Virus record (IMG/VR): IMGVR_UViG_3300025767_000018
Location: 1-59,097 of that record
Length of the DNA: 59,097 nt
Origin: a virus
Lineage: Duplodnaviria > Caudoviricetes
Strand: one strand, 5' to 3'
The position numbers were made by a program, and so were the translations under genes. Below, one piece after another: positions 34,701 through 40,868 of this stretch. How positions within the stretch are numbered: position 1 is the stretch's first letter; every line of letters begins with the position of its first letter. The notes below the pieces were generated by a model. The model ran no database searches. It was given only the letters and a program-made list of their open reading frames with translations, and had not been told where the DNA came from.

Positions 34701-35217
34701 TATATGTACTTTCAACGTCAACAGTATTTCCGGAAATGCCAATTGTTTGTGGGCCCGAAGGCAACCAATAATATTCGCGGAAATTACTAAACTTATCCCA
34801 ATCAATACTAGGGTTCCAAGCATAATATTCTTGCTGATTAACTACACTATGGTTGTCGTTAGATTTATTAAAGTTTGTTAACTGATTTGTAAAATCGTTA
34901 TAATCTTTATAAAAAGTAACATTACCTAACTGATCTTTAATTACTGCTGTAGGTTCTAGCTGATAGTTAAATCTATCAGCACTAACATCTCCAATATAAT
35001 TATCAGTAGGATTAAATGCTTTAGCTGTTTCTCTGCCAATATAACCATTAAGTTTTTCAACTACTCCCGGCTGTATTAATTGATCTAATGTACTATTTAA
35101 AAACTTTTTGTTTGACGGTGTTCTAAAAAATCTAGGAAGGAAAGCTTCACTTTTGCGTTTGTCGCTACTGCCTGGTACTGGCAAATTTGGTTCGTTTTGA
35201 TCGTTGTCGTAAGACAT
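19750..35217 (-). CDS. Giant (5155 aa) modular baseplate wedge/adhesin-like structural protein (gp7 position)
   Basis: 15.5-kb uninterrupted ORF directly after the gp6-like gene; FG-GAP-like blades, W-x4-Y-x2-G-x2-V-x-Y modules, G-x-GY-x3-P repeats, DG(S/T)T-x2-F repeats. Confidence 0.8.
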   Translation of the reverse strand: MSYDNDQNEPNLPVPGSSDKRKSEAFLPRFFRTPSNKKFLNSTLDQLIQPGVVEKLNGYIGRETAKAFNPTDNYIGDVSADRFNYQLEPTAVIKDQLGNVTFYKDYNDFTNQLTNFNKSNDNHSVVNQQEYYAWNPSIDWDKFSNFREYYWLPSGPQTIGISGNTVDVESTYTVRIGENADNETYIFSPDGLTQNPTITLYRGITYKFDIDTPNLPFTIKTQKTLEDGFELDSSSILVFDGVSIQGLEKGVSTLQLGTSTPDVLYYVAANDLDASGTIIVKDISEATFINVETEVIGKKFYKSGNGIELSNGMKVEFTGEVVPATYAQGTFYVEGVGDKINLVSETKLNVPTSFTEDIDIQFDAQGFDRLPYSKAIGYPEDKDYIVINRASIDGNLWSRYNRWFHKSVIEESALSNNESVDIDQLQRAKRPIIEFEANLKLHNFGTSSKLDVDVVDDFTKDAFSIIEGSEGYNVDGIDLADGMRIVFTADPDSLVAGRIFKVKFINFTDPTVGVKRQITLIPETDSIPITNEVVLILNGVTYKGKMLYYTGTDWKLTQDKIKINQAPVFDIFDIDGNSYADTTVYESSTFTGNTVFSYKTGTGAVDSELTIPISYRSINNIGDIVFNFSLLNDSFTYTFKNETFSKKTDIGFLRKYSNLSNFVSVSGWKKVSTPSEQLVIRQYVFDNTITSFPIDMYDNSGELTDLWTKVYLNNKLQFKDNNYTIINDINNIATVNFTNPLSINDVVIIKTRSSATKNENGYYEIPASLERNPANENITEFTLGEVNDHIATIVEQSDTFVGTYPGTSNLRDIGNLTELGRRFVQHSSPMNLALYHMLDNDANVIKSIKFAMNQYTTFKRLFLQTAEDIIFSGTTKLHVDAILEQINKNKTPTQPFFFSDMTPTGATRKLTTTVIDADDKFYPLSAIFSLSTPSRIAVQVYLNEVQLVHGKDYTFNNEGYVIVTATKYPDDVIDIYEYETTNGSFVPPTPSKLGLYPSYEPVKYLDNTYQTPKEVIQGHDGSKIIAFNDYRDDLLLELEKRIYNNIKVVYDNKLLDINSLIGGEHRDTGVTKKHIDRVMLPDFVQWSKLIDQDYTLHNFFDRTNSFTFNYAGSTGPSGKSLPGFWRQIYQQAYDTDRPHTHPWEMLGFSVMPTWWETQYGPAPYTKENLLLWQDLEAGIVRQPNVKYKILNNFKRPGLVNHIPVDSNGNLVSPIESGYINTFDNQLLDRSFIFGDGSPVESAWRSSSQYPFSIISAFAINKPHTLFATGFDRINQVRNVSNELVYKTTGTRIQLTNLLFPNTYEDTSQIYTSGLVNYIANYLTSDVTTSYTTYKTNIKNIKNQLGHKLAGFTDKEKFKLILDSRSPTNDGNVFIPDENYKVFLNTSTPVKTVSYSGVIIERRSDGYVIKGYDNEIASFKYYAPISSQADPSINIGGISESYLIWDSNKTYIPGQNLEYQGAYYRVKSNFRSGQEFDTTNLSKLAALPLIGGRNAFLRKTFNKNIVIESDYGHLFTSIQDVVDFLLGYGNYLEDQGFVFDYYEGDAKVVLNWRHSVNEFLFWTTQNWGEGSVITLSPASAQLKFQTEYAMVDNIFDSFYGYSLLQSDGTKLVQEFSLLGRSPNEFVIRSKDTTANGIYAVKLPLIQKEHALLIDNNTVFGDVIYDTQPGYRQERIKVLGYKTQEWDGSLNIPGFVYDEAKTTSWMPWTDYAIGSIVKYKEFYYSSSTKLTGTESFNAIDWNRLDKKPEAGLYANFEYKTNQFADFYDLDSDNFDTEQQRLSQHLIGYQKRQYLENIINDDVSQYKFYQGMIQDKGTKNALTKLFDVLSSADKDSLEFYEEWAIKAGQYGASEGFTEYELLLDESKFRLTPQPIDLVTSTTGKETDLVYRILPYEVYQKTPNYDHKPFPKKYVDASYVKDAGYVNPDDVRGVATNYNNIADFNFADISRNDYIWVGNDQLSWNVYKHIDTNYRVESVTEGTTSFTLTLTTNADTISVNDVIGLHSFNNYIEYTGQDSSASSTTEKFELEGFYLVSAVDKNVITVLTNNAQDEIPRCFGSITRFLKVRAANITSANNILQESIALDDYIWIDNVNGTGKWKVLKNENLLLEQQQLTKTTTSLDNSFGSALATDDRNTTMLVGAPTEGNGKVYVYNRSSDSLNFSQTQVIEVSDNVAKLYNNWAPEIDYVDEIIIYNGLFYQCITPHSSDAEDGFESNYFVQLPVPSDTLAFGSAVAISPDGNSIIIGSPNASDVKTKYAPGGTFLPNFAYTKGTIVSKDEQLWKSLVDIQPAVQNIEFNSFGSVTQIVDTLDVENDNAVSIPTLVTGNYAINPITAQLAFANQPATHMLIRAPLAHYEGSEENDLIKVAWNQTTYSNQDLPSLASRSPFNGSFANINAEFLEQTHTIQKKIDVVLYINASTNFPAIGDILQTTTASGIVDYVYNDGAELVIYLKDVNGVFNSTDSIFRDDGDFIGEYIKQGPISSVQSNTQFGGFWFIDTPSYTPTVGTENTDQGRGLVFYDVITDSVDSNKLYANSLDYKTNAFSSQNTYNAYIEKLSYQGLPGAYGSNAPFLNNLYVVRAPKMISDEVNQGDLINLYVNQLPQYGTGIVRDLTSIGLSTDITNSVQTVYDVWDGYININYTKFNVDDTPYEPKIGQTVEDLTTGATGIVTYYQRDGLNATLFVKGVVGTWSNGYVFSDNAEIKFKEIPGDPDPTYQVDRTIGQIQYVSLGLPSEGIGKLFVFQSSDIIPLSSGSRLLDIEYWLYQQYEVSGRARLANIPSAVNNEWTQIYQIPADKTGTASGLTNEGMYSVYSKIAPGKYSITENYTVPEKQENFKLGSSIKITKNNNLYRGFIHAGSSLDLDTIGTLDSANDLPTQTSFTVGVRVLTPALNDSTQTLPDLYYNIENIVDGGSNFNINDTIVIRGNLLGGRYSNNDAVLTVTGVSISGTITGVTISGTPYFAGKIDPQISDINTYIVYGNTQDSKWKVNNFIYSWSNNTWTTTQYSPGKLYFIKNGEENGINYNWDYAKNKKFKGTFSEGITYFTDDIVYNEGIIYAAKTNLAPSTFSINEWTAMSDLVDYVGFIPNSTGRNVSDSTTILNQIGLEDFASQFDVSLSGEVLVVNALYSNQTPNQVVVYRSNNGHFEKSQEIPAPDKTSAFGQSISISSDGTLIAISAPLNDDYLENQGIVYIYKQINGTFVLSQTLKSFNNERAELFGWKIEFDGEKLYISAKNADSKSRSYFDNYSTVFDGGFTDFKTINEDAGVIYVYEKIEAELLLAQTIGISNRAVKEFGQNIVAKNNHLYVGLSKEVDISGNYTGRILNFANNKTQPMWTEHSAAKSTVDISKIKKMFLYDTKENLLLTPLDYIDPIQGKVAGVAEQELTFKTYYDPALYDLSTASGTIIDITNSWGSEHIGEVWWNLTNAKFYNPYQGDTIFSTQNWSKVFQGNTIDVYEWVESDVLPSAWDAQADTENGFAKGYSGTSLYGDTAYSTKRKYDNIAGTFITIYYFWVSNKKTVPNVEFRNINISDIADYIKDPVAKGYTFAGLISPTSFVLYNAEGYIKGTDVALSTQFWTIENQDQNIHTQYQIISEGLETSQPNKDIIRKWYDSLIGYDEQDRIVPDPLLSTKQKYGALNTPRQSWFINRTEALKQFIERTNLILNENLIVDDKVFTSLFNFDPAPTEVSNHWDAKVDTIDDLEFIGVARATQAILSPVVINGKISSVNIVDPGRGYRVPPTVTVTGNGTGAILQTAIDTFGRITSVAVTAPGENYNNAPILTVRKFTVLVNSDRTIQGKWGLYERINDPRSWNRIQSQSYNVNLYWDYSNWYASDYSELTEIDYLIDNSYELTSLNNSIGDIVKISSIGSGGWLLLKKIDSQDTEDYTINYSTIGRQNGTIQFKSTLYDSNEAATGFDTISFDTKVYDSEPTIELRIILESIKNDLFIDDLLVKFNSLFFANLRYAFSEQTYIDWAFKTSFIKAKHNVGSLRKDVTFNNDNLPSYESYIKEVKPFGTKVREYLSAYESLDNTSTAVTDFDLPPAYNSVDGKIVPQNVKIQDGVLIGVNADFENYPNKNWLDNSGYKIVKVEVVNPGSGYKTAPVLTLSGSGGAVLKANIGTAGKISSVTVVSPGAGYYSTPTISSLDNIEPGGEVATFSVQLGDNPVRGLYSTVKFDRTTGTYVYTSLSQTETFIASGSEFEFDLIWPMDLLKSNIKVYVNNQEALNSEYTYKNLLDITKGYDRHYGQITFTNAPAINKSVRIEYKKSVDLMQAQDRINNYYTPTTGMPGKDLNQLMTGLDYGGVEVTSLGFGKGQGWDSDGWYEDTWDSYDTTFEDEIFELDGSTISLDLAAPLANATVYNVYLNGVRIDDVNYGTATPVTNPNAICQSITGDGTTTIVFLDNDGLNLANQAGDIIIIRKSTSDGTYLPDPNSYDTSITGGALNYSTATGLNAEDIVIDGDGFVTATTSGGPEELVPGQVLDTIDIKVYERPQNGSSQITSRNYTGDGTTKEFSLDTSPLQANSLFVKVGYNIISAEDYTINYTTKTVTFNIAPVLNAKIHFAILGISGTEILDIDNFIADGSTSKFLTNVRFGTDLQYFIALNGQTLNNVIEESDDSYAYPNNAVVSFATPPEAGSVISYAFFKGDKQNFSEVSIDTFTADGSTTVFDLVQTPFNNEPSAWFSIVKVNNKILNAGYNRRFVTTAEKREYKLEEFQIPPGAVNNKQIKVFLNNKELAYNTEWSFTGTKGSAGSLVRLKPKVNQQDGDVLTVFITNDGEYRYGYFDSANEFVSTPGELYLDSAYNDGDIITVYQFSNHDSQGFDRQQYDAVDRVSLTVGTDDWYTYNHLTAGLIELAKPALDAQYVWVTLNGDLLTPSMHYYVTENKRYVKINISIEENDVIEILQFSNTILSNKYGWRQFKDILNRTHYKRLDDRDGIMLATDLNWYDQSITVTDGTTLPDPVPSTNIPGILFINGERIEYFVRNDNVLSQLRRGTLGTGVKAIYLEGENVYNQSQNATMPYRDETLTSEFLTDGTTATYELNFEPGEDGVNEFEVFVAGKRLRKNAISSYVQPIKNGDAIQVIAPDSPEGDVTLPAEFSIEGSTLTLLSVPEEPDIKVTVVRKTGIIWKDAGIRLSESESDISRFLRAATVDLPR

Positions 35218-38200
35218 TAATAAGCCCCTTTAATTGTGGTCAATCCACTACTTGTTAAACCTGCATTAACTGAAGTTGCATCAGTAACAATTGATCCACT
35301 TGACCGAAGTCTTGTAGCGGTTATACTATCAATTAATTCGATATCAGCAACAGTTGCTCCACTTATAAAAACTTCATCAGATTCTGATTTTATTTCAAAT
35401 AAACTACCAAATGTGCTAGATGCTTGATTTGGAACTATTACAAATGTCACTAGATTTGGCGATAGCTGTTGCATAACGTATGTACTTAATTCTGTAAAAT
35501 AAAACGTTTCGCCAAATTCCCAGTTTTCAAGTGCAAAGAATTCATTAATTGCAGCTATCACCCTAGTTTTAATTTCATTATCATTAATTACAATATCCGG
35601 ATTCTTTACAATTTTAAATTTTGCTTGTAAATCAGACGATGCTATTTCTCCAAACAGTATTTTATACTTAACTGGATGATAAATTATTTCATCACTAATT
35701 GACTTAATATTATTAAGCTGTTGACCGTAGTTTAAATACAGCTGATCACTACTAGGAGCAAAAGGCTTAACAGTTGTTGTGCCGTCAAGATAAAGTCTAA
35801 AATTATCGTCATATGATTTTGTTAACAGATATACGTCTACAATATTACTAACACTTGGATCAATTCTATTACTTGCATCAGCTGCATGAACATAATGAAA
35901 TTTAAGTGTTCCTCGGCCAAGTTTAGCACGATAGAGTTGTGTAGTAGTAAGACTACCAGTTATTTTATTTAATGTTTGAAATAAATTTTCTTGGACAAAA
36001 TAAAATATTTGACCATCGTCATAACTCGATGTGCTAGTTAAATTACTAACAGAAGCAATAACGTTTATACTTCCTACACTGTCTAAGAATGTATATTTTG
36101 CAATTTTTGGGCTTTCTGAAATTATCGTCGGAACCTCTGTTGCAAGATGTCTATATTCATCTATACCGTCAATAGTAGTTGTTTGGAGCTCAAATACATA
36201 TTTTGTTATCGGGTTTTCAGATTCGTTAACAATTTCATCAAATAATTCAGGATTGTCAACTACGCCGTCGTCATCTTCATCAAAGAAACTAACTTGGATT
36301 TTACTACTGTCGACATATCCTTCAGCATCTCTGTATTCTTCTACAATTTCCCAATCAAAGTCAACTGTAAATGGATTAACATTGTCCGGCTTCTTATTAA
36401 TATTTAATACAGAAATTTTATCTTTAATAATCTTGCCTGTGCTAGTATTATAAATTTTATCTGAACTGTCAAAATAAAATCTAATTTCTTTTGCACTTTC
36501 AAATATATACCTACTACCTCTATAAGTAATTGAATACGTTTCACCGTCAGTTTCAAATAACAATAACCAACTTGCATCTAACTGTTGAGTAGTTGCATCA
36601 CCAGTTTTACCAATACTAAAAGGACTATTAATATTTAAATTGTCAGTAGTAATTACCCGCCATTCTCCTATATTAACATCAAATCTTAAACCAAAACTAT
36701 TGTAAGCAAATACTTGATCAATTACTTGCAATGAAACAGCAGATTGTAATTCTGTAGCTAATCTTGGTATTATTTCAGTGAGTATTGGACGGTTTGACGA
36801 ATTTAAAAGATCACCAGGAATATTATCATTAAGTATTATTGGCCCAGTTCCGTCAGTATTCGTTGTAGTACCGTCGTCAACAACACTTACAATCTTAGTC
36901 CATTTATATAAAGTGCCATTTACAGGTATTTCTCCCGATGTTGGTATAGAAGTTAACTTGTTATTATTTTTACTTTGAAAATATTTTCCACTAGGTGCTA
37001 CAAACTTAACTAGCGTTCCAGGCTTTAATAATTTTAAAGTACTTGCTGTAAACGCTCCTATCTGTAACCGTGATCCGGCTGTATTAGTAAAATAACCAGT
37101 AGTCTGATTGGTATTGTCTGATTGGTTGTTCCACATTACACCTAAATCTCCTACAAGAATTTTAGGAAAACTATTATAATAATAATTTTTTATTTGGTTA
37201 TTAGTTAGTATTGGTTCTATTATATTTGCAATAGCACCTTCTATGTCAGTTTTAGTTATAAAGTTAAATTTTGATTTAGGTGTTAAAAACTCTTTAGTTA
37301 GAATTCCGTCTATACCAAACAAATTAGTTTTAGAATATTTTCCTGTTGCATCAACTAGGTCTAAATACCGACTAATTCCACTAGCTGTTCTATTAACACT
37401 TTTTACTTTAATAATTTCTTGGCTTATTGACAGCGGTGCCACTTGATAATCTTCAGCAGTTATCATTCTATTTTGTGTGTAATACGTTGACGGAGCATTG
37501 CGTTTAATACTATCGTTTGTTTCGCTTGTACTTGCATTGTCAACAGTATACTTCAATGAAAATACCATTGTAATTTGTTCTATTTTGCCAGTCTTACTTA
37601 CATAAGGAATCTTAATACTAACACCTCGCATGTCTGCTGGTTCGATAATTAATCGTTGATTTTTACTGCTTCTATAGTATACTCTAAAATTACCTTGAGG
37701 CAAATTACCAAATGTACCGTCAGAGAAGATTAAACTAATTCTGTCATTTGCTCGTGTCAATACACTATAAATATTCCTAATACTTTTACTTAAACTATTA
37801 TATATTACATTGTTGCCTTCTACAGCATCAACTTTACTCCATAGTTCTTCTTCTAATCCAAAATTATCAACTTTATAAAGCCAAACATCTGAGTTATTAA
37901 CATCTGTTGCATCAATTGCAACAACTTGGTTAGTACTAGGACGGTCTATTGTAAATGTGCCTTGGTCTAATGCACCTTGTCTAAAGTGGCAAAAATACCC
38001 AGTGTTAGAGCTTGCTGGGCCTTTGCCATCATTTCTATAAAGGAATGCAAAATTATTTCCTGGAAACGGTGCTTCTTCTTTAATTTCACCGTTGTCTATG
38101 TCAGTTGATACAATTTCAAACTTACTAGTTGACCCACTAATAGTCTTATTAAAGCCATAAACAGGTAAGTCGGTATTTGAACTGTTTAATCTGTATTGTT

Positions 38201-38753
38201 CTGTTGGCACACCGGCTACAGTTTCTTTTTTAGACGGGCGGCCAATATTAGAATTAACCGGAAGTGCAGCATTTAAAATTTTAGTAAATTGTTCTTGCCA
38301 GTTAGGATTACTAGGATCATTCCAAACAACAGTTTGGTTAGATAAATTTAAATTATTAGAGTCCCTAACACTTTCTGTTGAATTTACACTTTCAATTTTA
38401 AACAGTCCATTAGATGCTTGATTACGTTTAGGATTATAAGAAAGTAATCTTGCTAAACGTAGCACACTTTCTCGGCGTTCTGCAAGTTCTAAGAAGTTTT
38501 CTCTAGCATTTAAATCAGTACGGAAAGCAATATTTTGGCCTAGGAAAGCAATTAGGTCAATAAGTGCAAGGTACTCCGAACTTTCAATGTAGTCATTAAA
38601 GTCTTCTGGGTAATTTTGTCGAATATAATTGATCATTGTCCGACGTAAATTATCAAAATCATAAGATTTGAAATCTGCATTTCTATAGCTTTGATAGATA
38701 CGCTTCCAATCTTCTGCTACTAATAAACGGTTCTGTCTGTCTGTACTTGACAT
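35217..38753 (-). CDS. Baseplate wedge subunit, T4 gp6-like
   Basis: SYDFDNLR, DFNDYIESS, ENFLELAERRESVLRLARLLSYNPKR, FSDGTFG, QNRMITAEDY. Confidence 0.85.
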   Translation of the reverse strand: MSSTDRQNRLLVAEDWKRIYQSYRNADFKSYDFDNLRRTMINYIRQNYPEDFNDYIESSEYLALIDLIAFLGQNIAFRTDLNARENFLELAERRESVLRLARLLSYNPKRNQASNGLFKIESVNSTESVRDSNNLNLSNQTVVWNDPSNPNWQEQFTKILNAALPVNSNIGRPSKKETVAGVPTEQYRLNSSNTDLPVYGFNKTISGSTSKFEIVSTDIDNGEIKEEAPFPGNNFAFLYRNDGKGPASSNTGYFCHFRQGALDQGTFTIDRPSTNQVVAIDATDVNNSDVWLYKVDNFGLEEELWSKVDAVEGNNVIYNSLSKSIRNIYSVLTRANDRISLIFSDGTFGNLPQGNFRVYYRSSKNQRLIIEPADMRGVSIKIPYVSKTGKIEQITMVFSLKYTVDNASTSETNDSIKRNAPSTYYTQNRMITAEDYQVAPLSISQEIIKVKSVNRTASGISRYLDLVDATGKYSKTNLFGIDGILTKEFLTPKSKFNFITKTDIEGAIANIIEPILTNNQIKNYYYNSFPKILVGDLGVMWNNQSDNTNQTTGYFTNTAGSRLQIGAFTASTLKLLKPGTLVKFVAPSGKYFQSKNNNKLTSIPTSGEIPVNGTLYKWTKIVSVVDDGTTTNTDGTGPIILNDNIPGDLLNSSNRPILTEIIPRLATELQSAVSLQVIDQVFAYNSFGLRFDVNIGEWRVITTDNLNINSPFSIGKTGDATTQQLDASWLLLFETDGETYSITYRGSRYIFESAKEIRFYFDSSDKIYNTSTGKIIKDKISVLNINKKPDNVNPFTVDFDWEIVEEYRDAEGYVDSSKIQVSFFDEDDDGVVDNPELFDEIVNESENPITKYVFELQTTTIDGIDEYRHLATEVPTIISESPKIAKYTFLDSVGSINVIASVSNLTSTSSYDDGQIFYFVQENLFQTLNKITGSLTTTQLYRAKLGRGTLKFHYVHAADASNRIDPSVSNIVDVYLLTKSYDDNFRLYLDGTTTVKPFAPSSDQLYLNYGQQLNNIKSISDEIIYHPVKYKILFGEIASSDLQAKFKIVKNPDIVINDNEIKTRVIAAINEFFALENWEFGETFYFTELSTYVMQQLSPNLVTFVIVPNQASSTFGSLFEIKSESDEVFISGATVADIELIDSITATRLRSSGSIVTDATSVNAGLTSSGLTTIKGAY

Positions 38754-38777
38754 ATGTTGCTTCCTCTAATTATACAG

Positions 38778-38785
38778 TATTTATT
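38778..38785 (-). promoter_or_regulatory. Late promoter-like AATAAATA
   Basis: TAAATA core upstream of the GAGG SD of the gp6-like gene. Confidence 0.6.
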
Positions 38786-38809
38786 AAATATAATAAACCG
38801 CGTATATAA

Positions 38810-39259
38810 TTAATTGGCTAAAAATCCGTTATTTTGATCAAATTTAAGTTGCATATTTTCTGCAATATTATAAGGTAAAAATATTAAAGTTGCATCTATT
38901 TGTAATCCACTTTCGTATTGGTCGACTGTGATATTAGTAACACTAACCCTTGGATCATAATTAATAATAGTAGTTACATTATCAGCAATAATTTTCTTAA
39001 GACTTTCAGTTAGCGGTTCAAATAAAATGTCCCAGATGATTGTTCCAAAGTTAGGATTACTAAGTAACTCTCCTTGGCGAATATGAAAGTTATTAATAAT
39101 ATCTTGTTTTACAATTTGTAAATCATATAACTTAAACCCAACATTATCAGGATTAACCGTAGAAAATCCTTTATAGGTTTTTTCGCCTATTCCGTAATCA
39201 GGGCGAGTATTACCCTTTACAGTAATTTCTTTATAAAGTTTCTTCTCTAATGTGCTCAT
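38810..39259 (-). CDS. Baseplate wedge gp25-like protein
   Basis: IRQGELLSNPNFGTIIWDILFEP...YDPRV, the GPW/gp25 family signature. Confidence 0.9.
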   Translation of the reverse strand: MSTLEKKLYKEITVKGNTRPDYGIGEKTYKGFSTVNPDNVGFKLYDLQIVKQDIINNFHIRQGELLSNPNFGTIIWDILFEPLTESLKKIIADNVTTIINYDPRVSVTNITVDQYESGLQIDATLIFLPYNIAENMQLKFDQNNGFLAN

Positions 39260-39263
39260 ACTG

Positions 39264-39271
39264 TATTTACC
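39264..39271 (-). promoter_or_regulatory. Late promoter-like GGTAAATA, 4 nt before ATG
   Basis: TAAATA core followed by CAGT-ATG; no SD between motif and start codon. Confidence 0.55.
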
Positions 39272-39274
39272 TTA

Positions 39275-40858
39275 TTATCGTGGTCCGGTTCTTGACGGAG
39301 TACTAGTAATTGTTGCAGTTCCAGGACGGACTGTTCTTCCATCAACTGAATACTCGCCACCACCAATTGATTCATTATACGCAGCTACTTCAGCATCAGT
39401 TGACACAGTAGTGGGAGGTGTTGTTGGCACACCGGGATCGGCAGTATCTGCACCTGTTCTTGACTCTGGAGGACATTTTGCAAATGTATCCATTTGCACA
39501 AGTTCTTCTTCTGCTGGTAGTGGTGCTGTTGTTGCGGTTGCTTCAGTATTAACTGTTGTAGGATTTATATTTTCGTGACTTCCCCAAGGTTCAACAGACG
39601 GAATTCGTGTTGGCACAGCTGGTGGGCTTGCTGTAGGAGCAACTGGTCCGTTCATATGTATAACTGTAGCTGTTTCATAATGTCCTGCACTAGCAATGTT
39701 ACTAGTTCCGGCGCATGTTAATCTGCCATCTGCTCCTACTAATACATCCCAATTTGCGCCTGTTTGTGTTGACATTTGATTAGTTGCAACTATATTAATA
39801 TTATTGCCTGCTTTAATATTAACATTTCTACCAGCATCAAAATTTAAATCATTGTCACTATGAATGCTTACACTATCTTTAGAGTATATATCAAGTTTAC
39901 CGTTGGCGGTCATCTCAATCCAACTATTACCACTACCATGAGAAATATAAACTAAGTCTTCTGTATTATGTAAAAGAATTTGATGGCCAGTTCGTGTTCT
40001 AATTCTTACTAGCTCGTTCATAGGCAAAGTAGGGTCGCCACCGTCAGCTATACTTGCATATTCACTAGGAGTTGTAGCTGCTGGGCCTTTTCTAAACATA
40101 CTAGAATCGCCGTCATCCATTACAAAACTTGACCCGGTTAGTCTCGATGCTGGTATTTCAGTTTGTGCGTTTTCGGCACCAACTTTTACTTTAGGTTTTC
40201 CGGGCCTACGATCTAAAGGTCCTGGCGTACTCATACCAAATACCATACTAGGAACCTCTCGCCTAGCACTTGAAGTAGTTGTGCCTCTTATTTGATCATT
40301 AATTAGACCTGCTGCTGTGAGTTGTTCTACTGCATCTGTATTAACGGATTTTAAAAACTGAGTAGGATCATTGCCGGCCCCTAATTCGTTGCGCTTATTA
40401 TATTCGCTAACAGGTAAAACTGTTTGTTGATCTTCTTTATTGTACGTAGTGCTTGCATTACCAGGTATCATAAAATTCATAAACTTTTCTTGAACACAAC
40501 CGATCCAAAAACCTCTACTTTTATTTCCTTCTGCAAAAATAACTAAAACTGTAGTTCCAATGTCTGGTGGCACTGCCCACATACCGTAACTCTTTTGTGT
40601 GTGATCAAACCCTTCGTTATCACTAGTTCCGCTGTAAGGTGTAATTCCATAAAACGGACTTAGATAATTTACAGTTGCCATTTCTCCAGACACATTTGTT
40701 GTATTACCTTCAGTGGTTGATTTTAATAATTCAACTTCTAGTGACCCCATGTATTCAGTATCTATATGGTTGCGTACAATTGCCATAAATGGGCCTGGAC
40801 CATCAAACGAACTTGATTTTTGTTGTACTTCTGGAGTTCTAGTATCTTGTCCTGCCAT
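39275..40858 (-). CDS. Baseplate hub/central spike, gp5/VgrG-like, no lysozyme domain evident
   Basis: YGMWAVPPDIGTTVLVIF..G...FWIGC OB-fold; RTRTGHQILLH, SWIEMTANG, beta-helix repeats. Confidence 0.85.
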   Translation of the reverse strand: MAGQDTRTPEVQQKSSSFDGPGPFMAIVRNHIDTEYMGSLEVELLKSTTEGNTTNVSGEMATVNYLSPFYGITPYSGTSDNEGFDHTQKSYGMWAVPPDIGTTVLVIFAEGNKSRGFWIGCVQEKFMNFMIPGNASTTYNKEDQQTVLPVSEYNKRNELGAGNDPTQFLKSVNTDAVEQLTAAGLINDQIRGTTTSSARREVPSMVFGMSTPGPLDRRPGKPKVKVGAENAQTEIPASRLTGSSFVMDDGDSSMFRKGPAATTPSEYASIADGGDPTLPMNELVRIRTRTGHQILLHNTEDLVYISHGSGNSWIEMTANGKLDIYSKDSVSIHSDNDLNFDAGRNVNIKAGNNINIVATNQMSTQTGANWDVLVGADGRLTCAGTSNIASAGHYETATVIHMNGPVAPTASPPAVPTRIPSVEPWGSHENINPTTVNTEATATTAPLPAEEELVQMDTFAKCPPESRTGADTADPGVPTTPPTTVSTDAEVAAYNESIGGGEYSVDGRTVRPGTATITSTPSRTGPR

Positions 40859-40868
40859 TGTTTATTCC

